Origin: Octopus sinensis
Taxonomy: Eukaryota
DNA: 45,331 nt
Assembly (NCBI RefSeq): GCF_006345805.1
Contig: NW_021828101.1
Coordinates: 1 to 45,331 of the forward strand
Direction: 5' to 3'
Part shown: positions 11,860 to 25,342 of the stretch, in pieces
How positions within the stretch are numbered: position 1 is the first letter of the stretch
How the letters are laid out: each line of letters starts with the position of its first letter
Program-made: the position numbers and the translations under genes
The notes under the pieces: model-generated
Databases searched by the model: none
What the model saw: only the letters and a program-made list of their open reading frames with translations
Told to the model about the DNA's origin: nothing

Positions 11860-12000
11860 GCAGGCATGTATGTGATAGCTTGGCTGTGTGGTTAAAAACC
11901 GGTTTGCAAACACGTGGTTTCGAGTTCGTTACCACAGTGTGGTAACTTGAAATTGGGTAAGTTTTTTTTTCTGCTATTGCACCGGACCGACTAGACTAAT
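11860..12000 (+). mobile_element. Decayed family-A SINE head
   Basis: tggctgtgtggttaaaaa...gtggtttcgagttcgttaccacagtgtgg. Confidence 0.5.
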
Positions 12001-12130
12001 GACTTATGACTGTATTTGACTGACGAAAAATCTGCAGAGACACGTAACGTTTTTGTCTATGTATGTATGCATGTATGCATGTGTATCTATCTATATGTAT
12101 GTGTATATATATGTAAGTATATATATATAT

Positions 12131-12310
12131 ATTTTTTCCCTCTGTCTCCCCTTCTCTGGATCTTTCCTTCTCCTGTGTTTCCGACGAAGAGCTTCGCTCA
12201 AAACGTTAAACCCTCCTTCTTTCCTTCTTTCCTGAGCGTCCAATAATAATATATTTGTTTCACGTGCTTGCGTTGTTGTGTTTTTTTTGTGCTTTCTTGT
12301 TTGGATTAAC

Positions 12311-12312
<2 letters not shown>
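12131..12312 (+). mobile_element. ~180-bp (TA)n-flanked element with variant hammerhead motif (12177-12211)
   Basis: Near-identical reverse complement of 33090-33270. GTTT-CCGACGA-A-GAGC(ttc)GCTC-AAAAC-GTT^AAAC. Confidence 0.7.
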
Positions 12313-12358
<46 letters not shown>

Positions 12359-12635
12359 TGTATGTGTGTGTGTGTGGTGTAGTGTTAGGTGTAATGTACA
12401 GAAATTGAATATTGAGAAAAAAGTCGTCAGAATTTTGGAAAAAATCATCTTTTTATTACTTCATTTTTATTAGCTCTTTCGTTCCTTTCTCGAACTCGTC
12501 AAATAAAATCTTTTGAATGTACAAACACCTTCTTCATTTATATAAAACAGATTTTTTGGGGGTGGGGTGCGGGGTGTTGAGAAGTGAACATTGTTTTCGT
12601 TTTTGTTTTGGGTGAGGTTCCATGACAATGGAGAC

Positions 12636-12925
12636 GGATAGGTAGATAGATAGATAGAGAGTTAGAGAGTTAGATAGATAGATAGAGAGTTAGATAGATA
12701 GATAGATAGATAGATAGGTAGGTAGGTAGGTAGGTAGGTAGGTAGGTAGGTAGGTAGATAGATAGATAGATAGATAGGTAGTAGGTAGGTAGGTAGGTAG
12801 ATAGATAGATAGATAGATAGGTAGGTAGGTAGGTAGGTAGGTAGGTAGGTAGATAGATAGATAGACAGACAGACAGATAGATTGATAGATAGATAGATAG
12901 ATAGTTAGATAGATAGGTAGATAGG

Positions 12926-12984
<59 letters not shown>

Positions 12985-13021
12985 CTAGATAGATAGATAG
13001 ACAGATAGATAGATAGATATA
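12636..13021. repeat. Compound (GATA)n/(GTAG)n microsatellite
   Basis: Direct reading; abuts the 3' end of the Tx1 element. Confidence 0.95.
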
Positions 13022-13424
13022 GAGATATGTTTCTTTATTAGCCACACAGGGCTGCACACAGATAGAACAAATTACAAGGTAGAGCTTTTCTTTTGAAGGT
13101 ATAAAAAAAAAAAAAAAAAAAAAAAAGGAAGGGGGAGGTTCGATCAAAAGGGATCGTAAAAGGAGAGAAAGAGGACAAAAATAAGGGGGGTTAAAAAAAA
13201 AAAAAAAAAAAAGGGGGGGAGAGGAAAAAAAATGATCAATAGGGATCGTTATCACAGAAATGTCAATATGAAGTGTAAAGGGGAGGACAGGTGAGGTTTA
13301 CCCGTGGAAAGAAAAGCCTGCGGAAAAGACCACGGTAACCTCGGTCAATGAAGTCACATTTTATATCTTTTTTTTTTTTTTTTTTTTTTGCAAATAAGCA
13401 ACTCTCTGTTTTCGATTTCTGGGT

Positions 13425-16400
13425 TCATAGGACTATGCTCAAGGTGGCTTCGTCATTCATACGTGCCATTCTTGCTACATTCACCCATCTTTTTTTAAAA
13501 CATTCGCTAGACAAAACTTGCCTCTCTACTCTCACTTTCCTTTTCAAGTGGTACTTGAAGAAGTTGATGAGAGATTGACCAGAGAGGAAAGTGTTTGTCT
13601 CCAATCCTTTCAGACGCGTCCACCAGATACATTCTTTCGCCATAGCCACAAGGATGATGAAAATAGCTCTCCTTCCCGTTTGAAGGAAGGAGGCGTGACA
13701 ATATTGACGATAGACTCAGCTGATAAACCGACTCGTCCCACCACGTGACAGCAGTTGTTCGACATAAGCCCACAGGTCGGAAATTGTTGGACACTGAACG
13801 AGTGCGTGCAGAACGGTTTCGTCGCGCTCTGACCGCATCTCGGGCAGGTCGGCCCCGTGTTTCTCGAGCCGTGTCTGTAGAGCTTATCCCGAACGGTTAG
13901 CGCTTCTCGTAGCACTGCCAGGCCAGGGATCTCTGGAAGTTGTCCATGGGCCCTGGCCCGAAAGTCGTCCCGAACAGGCGGGTCAGGTACTCCTCGTCGA
14001 CGTCCAGGTTCGCCCCGAGCTCGTCGTCGTACCTCCCCTCCACTAAACCCTATAGAATGCTTTGGTTGTGTTGAAGTCACTTAAGGTCGACCCAGGACGA
14101 CGGCAGAGTTGCTTGAGAGCAACGCGACACTCGCGGTGCCATTCGCCCTTCCTCGGCCTCTTTTTGATCCACGACTGCAGTTCGGTCATGGAGACGAGCT
14201 GCGGGAAGCGTCCTCACAAACGGCGACCACACCTGTTCACCGTCGTCTACATAGAGCCAGAGATGTCGCAGTCTCAGCGCGTGTCTGCGCATCATCAACC
14301 ACGGCATGCCCAGCCCTCCTTTTAACGGGTGTTGACAGCAAATGGATCGCCTGACCATCGGGACGCATCCTTTCCACAAGAAGCGAAAGAGGATGCGTTG
14401 TAGTTTGGTGATGGTAGGGTCGGGACAAGGTACGACGGTCAGGCGGTAGTAGATGACGGACGCGATGTACGTGTTCGCCACCTCCGCTCGACCTTTTAGG
14501 GACAGTTTCCTCTCGGCCCATTGCCGGGCGAGAGTGACCACCCTACTCGTTATCTCGTTCCAGTTCTTCTCCACTTGGAGGTCCGGACCAAACCAGACCC
14601 CGAGCAACTCAACCGGGCCGTCGGTCCAGCGTCCACGACGGAGGCGCTGGTGGACGGCATGGGCTTGCTTCTCCAGGTGCCTAGTCGCAAGCCCACTGAC
14701 TTTTCCCGGTTGATTTTCGCTCCTCGTCACCGCTTCGTAGTTTTTCAGTGTCTCGCCGACCAGCTCGATGTGCTCGTGGCTAGACACTATGACGGTGACG
14801 TCGTCCGCGTATGCAGACACGCTCGTCCCGCATCCCAATTCTCGCGGGATGCCCCTTAGAGTCGCCAGCTTCCGCAGTAGTGGCTCAAGAGTCAATACGT
14901 ATAGAAGCGCCGAGAGGGGGCATCCCTGACGGACCGAACGTGCAATGTCGAAAGGTCTCGATAGATGTCCATTTACTTACGCGAATTACCGAACGGATGC
15001 CTCTGTACAAGGCAGCTATCCAGCCGCCAGCGGAAGACGGGACCGAAACCAGCCGCTCTCAGGACTGCCTCCAAGTATCGATGGTCTATCCTATCAAAGG
15101 CTTTTGATTGATCCAAGTTGATCAGGGCCCCACCCATGCCAGGTTCGTTAACTACCCTGTCTATGATGTAGCGCATCAGATGGAGGTTGTCATGGATGGT
15201 CCGGCCTGGCACGGCGCATTTTGCGCCTTGTCGACCAGTTTCTCGATGACAAGCGCCAACCTCTTGGCTAGCACCTTGGCCAAAATTTTCAAGTCTGCAT
15301 TAAGCAGAGTGATGGGCCTAAAGTTATCTATTACATTTCCCTTGTTTAGATCTTTCTTCAGCAGTGTTACGGCTCCTCGGCTCACAAAACCAGGAATGCT
15401 CCGTTTTGCTGCCAGTTGCAGTACACCGCCGCCAAGAGATATCTCCAAACAAGTCTGGCATACAATTGTAAAGCTCGTAGGGTAGACCATCCAAACCCGG
15501 TGATTTGTCCCTCGAGCATTCTCTGCCATCGCTTCCCGCACTTCCGCCGCCGTGATGGCACCTTCGCAGCACCCTGCCTTTCTTGTCGAGAGTCGTGGCA
15601 GGCTATGTAGGTAGGCACTGAAGTCCACCCTACGTTCTTGCCCTCCACTCGTTCCGAACAGTCGGGCAAAATGCTGCTGAAAGGCCTCACACATTTTTAC
15701 TTGGCTCGAGCAATTCGCGCCCCTGTTCATCTACCAGTGACGAATGGTGGCTTTGTTGCCCTGTTGCGCCTCTGCCACCCGGCCTCTCTCGCGGCTCCAA
15801 CACCTTCGTTCCTTAGAGCACGCATCCTAGCTCTGACAGCACATCCTTCGTGTTTGGCGTTGAAGTGTTGGTCGAGGGCCAACCTCGCCGCCAAAACGTC
15901 GGATGCGATGCCGCTTCTAATTGCCTCTTCTAGCTTCTTAACTAGCTCACTCTCTACTACTCTATTTCTATCTATGGCTAGTGCTTTGCTGTACCTATCG
16001 CTTCTGCTTTTACTGCTCTCTTGAGGGCAAACCACCATTTGTTGTTGATGATGGCTCCCGTCAAAGCCCTCTTTACTAGTGTGCTAATCCGGTCTCTGAA
16101 AACTTGTCTCGATGGGAAGACGCGTTTAGTTTCCAGTATCCGGGACCCTGCCTAAGTGTCTTACCTAAGTCTAGCGTACATGTCACAAGTTTGTGATCCG
16201 TGTAGCTGACTATGTGGAATTGTGGACATCCTATGCTATCTCTATCTACTGTCCTACACAGTATCCTATCTAGATACGATCTCGACGACCCGATGCGGTT
16301 GCTCCATGTCCACGTTGGCGCATTCGGGTGGTCTAGTCGAAACCTGTCAGACAGTTGAAAGCGTCTGAGCAGGTCTCTGAGGCATTTGCATCCCCGTCTA

Positions 16401-16871
16401 TTCCTATCTCTACCCACGTAGTCTACATGCGTGTCCAAGGTAGCATTCCAATCCCCCACTAAGAGTAAAGGACGAGACGTTCCCAAGAAAACTTCTAGAC
16501 GTTGAAAGAAATCCGCCCGACCTGTTAAGGGCGGTGCGTAAACTGATACGAGCCGAAAAGCGCACCCATTGCTGCCGTCGACATCAGGACGACCAGTCTA
16601 CCCTCCGGGTCTACGAATATTGTCCTTACATTGAGATCCAGACTCTTGTGAAAAGTACCGCGGTGCCACTACCGCCCATTCTCGGCAGACAGGGGGAAAA
16701 ATAAATGTTGAACTGTCCGCCAAACATGGTCTTTAGGGCCCGCGGATTGTGGAGTCTGGTCTCGCTTATGGCTATGATTTCTAACTTATGTGACTTTATG
16801 TCATTTAAGAGGTACCCTTTTTCCAAGGGGACCCCAAGCCACGCGCATTTACACAACCCAATCTTGATCAT
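13425..16871 (-). pseudogene. Tx1 ORF2: AP-endonuclease, reverse transcriptase, C-terminal CCHC (frameshifted in this assembly)
   Basis: IIAISET, LLVGDWNATLD, RSYLDRIL, SYTDHKLV (APE); SPGLDGLPYELY, NFRPITLLNADLKILAKVLAKRL, QSKAFDRIDH, AYADDVTV (RT); CPRCGQS.ETVLHALVQC. Confidence 0.92.
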
Positions 16872-16898
16872 AGTTCTAATGAATTAGAATACAGAGGG

Positions 16899-18900
16899 TT
16901 ACTTACTGCTCGAAAGTTTTTGCTTTCTCCTCCGTTGGTTTGTCCTCGAGAAGATCCCAGTACAGTTCTTTTGTGAGATATTTTTGGCATTTACCAACCG
17001 CACTGGGGAAAATGCCTTTGAGTGTGTGGTGCAGACTTTTGGAGATGTGTATTATTTTGATGTGGTCTGGTGGTGTTGTGTATGGGTGGTTGTTGTTTTT
17101 ATGTCATCTTCTGTTATGTTTGTTTTTGATTGGATGTATTCCATCAAATTTGTGTTTTTGGTGTCTATGGCTGTGAGCATGTTTGCTGTATATGTTTTTG
17201 TGGTGTTGGTGTGGCTGTTGTTTGCGTTGGGTTTGAAATGTCTTCGGGAGATGTATTTCCCCCTGCTTTGTTCGTGTTTGCATTTGGTTTGGTTGTGTTT
17301 CTGCTCTTTATTTTCCTTCTTTGTAGCTATTTGCCATTCCTCACTGGTTTCGTCTTCCGACGAAATTTCTGAGGAATCAGAAGGGGGTAGGGGTATGTTG
17401 TGGGCTTCTATGTATGTCTGTGTAAGTGGTTGTGTTGTTGTTTTCGTTGTTGTTGGTTGTTGAGTGTTTGTGTGTGTTGAGTGCGGTATAAGGGATGGGG
17501 ATCAGTTTTGTGTGTGTTTTCTTTGTTTTTTCTGTTCCTTTGGGTTTGCTGTTGATGGTAGTGTTGGTATTTTTCCAGGTGTCGAGTGGTTTTTGGTTGA
17601 TGACGGATTAGCTTGGTGTGCTTCTCTTGTCGTCTTCTGTGTTTGATGGTGGTGTGGGTAGTAGAGCTTTTTTTCCGGAGTGCTTTGGTTGTGGTAGTGG
17701 TTGTTGTTGTTGCTCTTGGTGTGCAGTGGTTGGGCACGTCTTTTTCAAGTGTGTTCGCTTCACACAAAATAGCAGCGTGGTCGCCTGCCCTCTACCACTA
17801 TATAGAGTTTGTAGCCTCCTGGCAGTTCTATAGCGGTGGGTATCTTCTCTCTTGCTGCTTCATCCAATTGAAGCAGGAATTCGATTGATTTGCCCACATA
17901 GTCTTTTCTCTCCTAGAACCGCGATTTCCAGGATGTTTGTCTCTGACATTGTCTCTGACATTTCAAAGCAGATGGCAGAGACCACCCATTGTGTTTCGAC
18001 ATCAAATGGTATGTTTTTATTTGGACTTTCGTGACCCTTTTGTTTAAATAGACTGGTATCATTACCAAGTCGTCCGAATGTAGCTCCAATGTGGAAAAAC
18101 GTTTTGCTAAACTTTCGTTGAGGAAACGTACTTGGACTGTGCCAAATTTGTTTCCCCAACTGATATATTCCTTGGAGTCCCATACAGGACGAAGGCATTT
18201 ATCGATTTTTTCCTGTGGTGCATTTTCTGTTCTTCTTGTTTTTTTGTTTATTACTTTATAAATTATTGTTTTTTTTGCGTGTTTTCCACGATGTGTTGTG
18301 GAATATGAAGGTGCAATTTGTCTCCTTCTTTGGAGAAGAGTGCCTTTGTGCGGTTTATCTCTTGTGTGGTGAATGTTACAATTGTTCTTTTTTGTTTTGT
18401 TACGTCCGCAAAATTCGTTCTGAATTTGGCAGTAGAAGTGTTAATTGTGGCAGTGTTAATTGAAGTCATGGTAGTGGTGTTGGTGTTGGCGGTATTAGCA
18501 GCAGAAGGCTTGGATGTAGCATTTGACGTCGTAGTAGTGGTGTTGGTGTCGGCGGTGTTGTCTTTGGTAGGCGGCTTTGTGCCAATTTCGTTGTTGTTGT
18601 TGTTGGTGGTGATGGTGGTGGTGCTGGCATTCATGTTTTCGTTTGTATTCATTTTTGAAATCCCTTTCTCTGTCCCTTTATCATCAACAAGTGGTGTGGG
18701 GGTGAGGGGAAATCTAAGTTAATGTCTTTGGTCGCGGCGATGGTGAATGCGACGTTAGATTTGTTGTTGTTGTTGTTGGTGGTGGTGATGGTGGTGGACA
18801 GCGGTGTTCACGCTGCGATGTTTAGCAGCTAGTGGTAGCAATAGTGTTTTGCTACCGTTCTGCATGACTGGCGGGCTAGCCACGGGTTTCTAGTTGCCAT
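16899..18900 (-). pseudogene. Tx1 ORF1 (gag-like, zinc knuckle, T/N/Q-rich low-complexity flanks), frameshifted
   Basis: VEGRRPRC followed by a CX2CX4HX4C knuckle recoverable with small indels at ~17732-17775; lies directly upstream of ORF2. Start and stop are inferred. Confidence 0.65.
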
Positions 18901-19556
18901 TTTCAAAATGAAAAATGGCTAAAAAACCCACGAAAGTTTTGAAAGTTTTTTTGTAATTTCGCCCATACAGGGGCGGAATTCTACGTGAATAATTCTCAGG
19001 TTTTTTAGTGAATGAATTTGCACAACGATTAAAACAAAATATTTGACAACAAGGAGTTTAAAACATGTAAAAGTGGCCAACTTACTTGGAGCCGATATGA
19101 CTAGCGTCCGTCCATTGTGAGAGAGATAGACAGACAGACAGATAGATAGATAGATGGATAGTCAAACAGATAACTATATAGGTAGATAGATAGAGAGAGA
19201 AGGGGTATCCCCATTCCTATTCACCGTTAATTAATTAATTTATCTATTTAGTCCTTTACCATTGTATTGGAGCAGGTTTAAGGATGGCGACCTATTCAAA
19301 AAAAAAATAACCACAGGTCCGGTTTGGTCACCACTGAAAGTCATTTTGCTTTCTTTGTCTCTTCCCCATTTTTCTTCTTTTTTCTTCTTTCTTTCTTTTC
19401 TCCTCTTTGAGTTATAATTAGAATACAAAATGTGCTGTCATCGTTCCAAACTTTCATTTTTGGAAGGAACTTTTTGAAAAACAAAAACAGTATAATATTT
19501 GCAAATTAACAATTTGAAATATCAATCAATAAATAAAATAAAATGAATATATATAT

Positions 19557-19880
19557 CATCATCATCATCATCATCGTTTAACGTCCGTTCTCCATGCTAG
19601 CATGGGTTGGACGGTTCGACCGGGGATCTGGGAAGCCAGAAGGCTGCACCAGCTCCAGTCTTATCTGGCATTGTTTCTACAGCTGGATGCCCTTCCAACG
19701 CCAACCACTCCGTGATGTAGTGGGTGCTTTTACGTGCCACTGCACAGGTGCCAGGCGAGGCTGGCAACGGCCACGGTCGGATTGGTGTATTTTACGTGCC
19801 ACCGGCACAGAAGCCAGTGGAGGCGGCGCTGGCATCGGCCACAAGTCGGATAATGCTTTTTACGTACCACCAGACCTGGG
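19557..19880 (-). mobile_element. LINE/SINE-type 3' end with (GAT)n tail and internal ~60-66-bp tandem repeats
   Basis: Begins catcatcatcatcgtttaacgtccg; ttttacgt(g/a)ccac recurs three times. An RTE-type tail is only a guess. Confidence 0.6.
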
Positions 19881-19923
19881 ATCGTTTGCAGAAAACAAAT
19901 TAGAGATATATATATATAGTAAT

Positions 19924-20298
19924 TATAATAAAGGGTTAATTGCAACAAGTTGCTCAAAACCACATACCGAAAATATTAGAAATAGCAGCGAAATAGATCA
20001 CTATTTCTCCTACTAATAAAAAGATCTCCACAAACAAACAGAATTTGTAGCCCGTATATGGTAAAGAGAAAGAAAATAACGAAATTCTGTTTGTTTGTGG
20101 AGACTTTTTTTTAGTAGGAGAAATAGTGATCTATTTGGCTGCTATTTCTAATATTTTTGGTATGTGGTTTTGAGCAAGTTGTTGCATTAACTCTTTATTA
20201 TATTAATATAATTCTTACCAAATATGGTCTTTTCCTACCGAAAATCTACTAGGTGAAATTTATTAATTTTATTAAATTAATTATATTTTACCCTTTTT
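19924..20298. mobile_element. Foldback element C (arms 19924-20046 and 20082-20202, one-sided extension to ~20298)
   Basis: ~122-bp arms with about 7 differences. Shares ccacatac..attagaaatagcagc and the ggtgaaatt..attaat..taccc extension with 38421 and 43047. Confidence 0.88.
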
Positions 20299-20689
20299 TG
20301 TATATATATATAATATATTATATATATATATATATATACGTAAAGCTAAAGCATCCAATGCTACACCACACACACACACACACACACACATATATTATAT
20401 ATATATATATATCTGAACATTTGTAAGATGAGCCAACATTTGGAACAAAGAATTCAAATTCTCCACTTTACCTTCAAACATTCAATGTTGGGGAAATCAC
20501 TTGATGAGGTGTGTGTGTGTGCGTGTGTGCGTGTACTTGCTTATGTGCGTGTTTGCATGTGTGTATGTGTGTGTGTTTGGGAATATGTCCATATTTATAC
20601 GCTGTAACTTCGATTATGCCTCTATTAATTTCATGTTTTGCGTTAGAGAACATTGGTATAACACAAAATGAACTCTCTGCTTTTCTTTA

Positions 20690-21660
20690 AAACATTCCAT
20701 CTTAGTAGGAATTTTTTGATGAAATGTAGTTCCATTGTTTTTCGGTATTGCGGATTGTCCTGTGCACATTTGCAAAAGGGGAAAATTTTGAATTTTCTGT
20801 CGCTGCATATTTCTAGATGCTTACTTAATGGAATCATGCGTAATTGCTCTTGTCGGATATGTTGCCTGTGGATTCTTGCACGTTGGCAGAGGGAAGTATT
20901 TGTTTCGCCAATGTAATTTTCTTTGCAGGTTGGGCAGGTAATGCAGTATATGAGGTTTTGTGTTTTGCAGTTCATATCTGCATTTATTTTGAAAAGGGAT
21001 CCGCTCTTGAATTTTATGTGGGAACCACTTTCCAAGTATTTCAAGTTGTTGATATTGTTGCACGTTCCACATCTCCTGTCTCCACATTCTTTTCCTAAGA
21101 ATTCTGATTCATTCTCTGATTTGAATTCTGCCCTTGTGGTTGTTTTTAAGATTTTTTGGTTAGTATTCTTTTCAATCAGATTTTTCATTTTGGGGCTTTG
21201 TAGGAATATAGGTAAGTTCGCATTTATGGCGGAAAAGATGTTGGTTATTCCAGGACTGTGTGTTATGGAACGGAATCATGTTTTCATTAACTTTTTCCTT
21301 AGGTGTCCGTAGTTGGGTGATGTTCAGTTTTATCGCCTTTTTAATTCCCTCATTAATTAATCCCAAGGAGTATTTCTGCATTGTGAGGAAGCCTTTGAGT
21401 TCGTTGAGTCGGATTTCACGTATTTTGGGGGTCAGTCTCTATAGCACAGATGCGTCTTGCCATGCTGTATGGATGATTTCTTTCGATGTGTGACAGATGG
21501 TAAGAGTAGAAATTTAAACATTGGTGTGTGTCAGTTTTTTTTTGTGAAATATGTCTGTTGTGACTGTGGAGTTCTGTATTTTATGTGGATATCCAGGAAT
21601 GGTGGTTCCATTGCAAACGGATTCTGACGTGAATTTGATGGATGGGTGAAGTTTGTTCAG
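20690..21660 (-). pseudogene. Penelope-like element (Neptune-type): RT C-terminus and GIY-YIG endonuclease
   Basis: LNKLHPSIKFT...TDIFHKKTDT...MARRICAI...RLNELKGFL; CGDRRCGTC...CKTQNLIYCITCPTCKENYIGET..LCQRARIH...ELHFIKKF. Confidence 0.9.
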
Positions 21661-21663
21661 TAT

Positions 21664-22064
21664 ATTACTCTTTTACTTGTTTCAGTGATTTGACTGCGGC
21701 CATGCTGAAGCACCGCCTTTAGTCGAGCAAATCGACCACAGGACTTATTCTTTGTAAGCCTAGTACTTATTCTATCGTTTTCTTTTGCCAAACCACTAAG
21801 TTACGGGGACGTAAATACACCACCATCGGCTGTCAAGCAATGCGATAGTGAGGGGACAAACACAGACACACAAACATACACACACGCAAATACATATATG
21901 CGACAGGCTTTTTTCAGTTTCCGTCAACTAAATCCACTCACAAGGCTTTTGTCAGCCCGAGGCTATAATAGAAGACACTTGCCCAAGGTGCCCCGTAGTG
22001 GGAATGAACCCGGAACCATGTGGTTTGTAAGCATGCTACTTACGACACAGCCACTCCTACGCCT
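21664..22064 (-). mobile_element. tRNA-derived SINE family A
   Basis: Homologous end to end to 7342-7766 and 40081-40488; truncates the PLE remnant. Confidence 0.9.
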
Positions 22065-22073
22065 ATATTGTTA

Positions 22074-22480
22074 AACGTAGCAAGGATGGCACGTATGAAT
22101 GACCTTGGGTATGATCCTATGAACGGTAAAAATTAATACAGAGTTACTTATTTGTAAAAAAAATATATAACATGTGACTTCATTGACCGAGGTTACCGTG
22201 ATCCTTTCCGCAGGCTTTTCTTTCCACGGGTAAACCTCACCTATCTTTCCTATTTACACTTTATATTGACATTTCTGTGATAACGATCACTATTGATCGA
22301 TTTTTTCTTTTTCCTTTTATTTCTATTCTCCCCTTTCTTTGCTTTTGCTTTCCTCTTTCTTTCCTTTTACGATCCCTTTTGATCGAAAATCAACCCCACT
22401 TTTTTATCCCCAAAAGAAAAGCTCTACCTTGTAATTTGTCCCGTCTGTGTGCAGGCTTGTGTGGCTAATAAAGACACATT
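22074..22480 (+). mobile_element. Tx1 3' fragment (more diverged)
   Basis: Homologous to the reverse complement of ~13025-13480; followed by (ATCT)n. Confidence 0.88.
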
Positions 22481-22515
<35 letters not shown>

Positions 22516-22516
22516 G

Positions 22517-22596
<80 letters not shown>

Positions 22597-22597
22597 C

Positions 22598-22666
22598 CCT
22601 AAAAGAAAAGCTCTACTTTGTAATTTGTTCCCTCTGTGTTCAGCCCTGTCTGGCCAGTAAAGAAAC
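22598..22666 (+). mobile_element. Tx1 terminal ~70 bp only
   Basis: aaaagaaaagctctactttgtaatttgttc...cagccctgtctggccagtaaagaaac; (ATCT)n before and (CTAC)n after. Confidence 0.8.
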
Positions 22667-22893
22667 CTACCTACCTACCTATACCTACCTACCTACCTAA
22701 ATACCTACCTACTACCAACCTACTTACCTACCTACCTACCTACCTACCTATCTAACTACCTACATACTACCTACCTCCCTACCTACTTACCTACTTAAAT
22801 ACCTACCTACCTGCCGGCGTACCTACGTATGTATGTATGTATGTATCTATCTATCTATCTTTTTATCTCTCTATTTATCTGCATATCTACCTA

Positions 22894-23661
22894 GCGACGA
22901 AACCGTTCTGCACGCACTCGTGCAGTGTCCAACAATTTCCGACCTGTGGGCTTGTGTCGAACAACTGCTGTCACGTGTGGGACGAGTCGGTTTATCAGCT
23001 GTATCTATCGTTAATATTGTCACGCCTCCCTCCTTCAAACGGGAAGGAAGAGCTATTTTCATCATCCTTGTGGCTATGGCGAAAGAATGTATCTGGTGGA
23101 CGCGTCTGAAAGGATTGGAGACAAACACTTTCCTCTCTGGTCAATCTCTCATCAACTTCTTCAAGTACCACTTGAAAAGGAAAGTGAGAGTAGAGAGGCA
23201 AGTTTGTCTAGCGAATGTTTTAAAAAAAGATGGGTGAATGTAGCAAGAATGGCACGTATGAATGACGAAGCCACCTTGAGCATGATCCTATGAACCAGAA
23301 ATTGAAAACAGAGAGTTGCTTACTTGCAAAAAAAAAAAAAGAAATATAAAGGTGACTCCATTGACCGAGGTTACCGTGGTCTTTTCCGTGGCTTTTCTTT
23401 CCACGGGTAAACCTCACCTGTCCTCCCTTTTACACTTCATATTGACATTTCTGTGATAACGATCCCTATTGATCAAATTTTTTTTTTTTCTTTTTCCTCT
23501 CCCCCTTTTTTTTAACCCCCCTTTTTTTGGCCTCTTTCTCTCCTTTACGATCCCTTTTGATCGAAACTCCCCCTCCTTTTTTTTTTAAACCTTCAAAAGA
23601 AAAGCTCTACCTTGTAATTTGTTCTATCTGTGTGCAGCCCTGTGTGGCTAATAAAGAAACA

Positions 23662-23663
<2 letters not shown>
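22894..23663 (+). mobile_element. Tx1 3' fragment, close to the full-length copy
   Basis: Encodes DETVLHALVQCPTISDLW...KECIWWTRLKG; few differences from the reverse complement of 13025-13825; ATCT-type repeats on both sides. Confidence 0.92.
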
Positions 23664-23744
<81 letters not shown>

Positions 23745-24238
23745 AGTAGATATCCATATCCGTACAACGTGATTTATGCTCGTTGGAGGTGATGTAAGTT
23801 GGGAAACGTCTCTGACGGGGAACATTCTAACATTCTTGCTGTGAAATTATATATGGTGCATCATGAAAATTTCCATAAATTTCTAAATCTGGTTTTGCTT
23901 CTATACCTGAAAGAGTTCGATAATTATGCTGAACGAATCTGAAGAAGAACAAAACCAAAATTAAAAGCAAAATATGTATATACGTGTGTGTGTGCGTGCG
24001 TGTGTGTGTCTGTAATCAGAAGAATACAAATGGGCTAAGTTTCACTACAGCTGTTCCAGACGAGTTTTTTTACACATATATAATTCGATTACACGGTGAA
24101 AAATCTGTTTCAGAATGCGGTTTATACACAGATATGCGAATCCCAATCCTACCCTAACTTGGTGTCCTTCGCATAAGATACTTAGATTCAAACGAATCCT
24201 ATATTACATATACATATAGTTTATAATATATATATATA

Positions 24239-24299
<61 letters not shown>

Positions 24300-25301
24300 A
24301 TATACATATATATTATACTATTATATATACTATATATACATATATATGTATGTATATTCATATATGCATATATATGTGTATATATATATATAAATATATT
24401 CATATATACACATATAGAAATATGTGTGTGTGTATAAATGTATATACATACGTACATATAATTATATATATATATATACATGTGCATGTGCGTGTTCATG
24501 TGTGTGTGTGTGTGTGTGTGTGTGTGGTAGAGGGCATGAAGATGATAAGAAAATAAGGCTTATGCAAAATAGAAAATAATAATCTGTATAAAAGTCCTGC
24601 AAATATTCAAGAATGAATGTAAGAAAAATGGAAAAGAAATGGAAAAATGAAGAAGAGAACAAGGAATAAAATCAAGACAAGACAGACAAATAAAAATGTT
24701 TTTTTTCAAGAAGCCAAAGGCAAATAAATAGATACATAACATAATAGAATATAATAAAAGAGACATCGCACTTCTTAGAGTGTAAGAAAGGCGACGAAAT
24801 AGAGAGGAAATATCTGACAGTTTTCTGGAAATGAGGTGAGAGAAGAATAAACGTAAAATAAATATATAAAGAAAGAAAATAAAGGAAATCAATGATAGAA
24901 TAAAGATATAAATAAAATGAACTCTGCAAACAGGTGAATAAAAAGTAAAAAAAAAAAATACAATGAAGAAAAAGGAAAGATGGAGAAAATTTAAAGGAAG
25001 GACACAAAAAAAAAATATCGCAAAGCATAAGTTAGAAAGAAAATGAAAAGAAAATTATAAACAAAACAACCATCTTATTGTTTTTATTCAAAATGAAACA
25101 AACAAACAAGAAGAACAACAACTGCAACAACGTAATAACAATGTCCCTGTAACGAAAAGATCGAGCAATAATAAGAATATAAATAAATAAGAAAAACATT
25201 ACAGTGTGATACATATGTTTTTATATGTGTGTATATATAATATATATATATGCATATATATATATATATATCTAATATATATATAATATATATATAGATA
25301 G

Positions 25302-25342
<41 letters not shown>

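Larger units (their letters stand above)
13025..19119 (-). mobile_element. Near full-length Tx1-type (L1 clade) non-LTR retrotransposon, ~6.1 kb
   Basis: ORF1 plus ORF2 (APE-RT-zinc finger) and a 3' UTR ending ...gtggctaataaagaaacat, with (GATA)-type repeats on both sides. The 5' end is approximate. Confidence 0.92.

Noticed and set aside
24540-25200. Purine-rich stretch with ORFs on both strands
   Set aside because: Low complexity with no recognisable domain.
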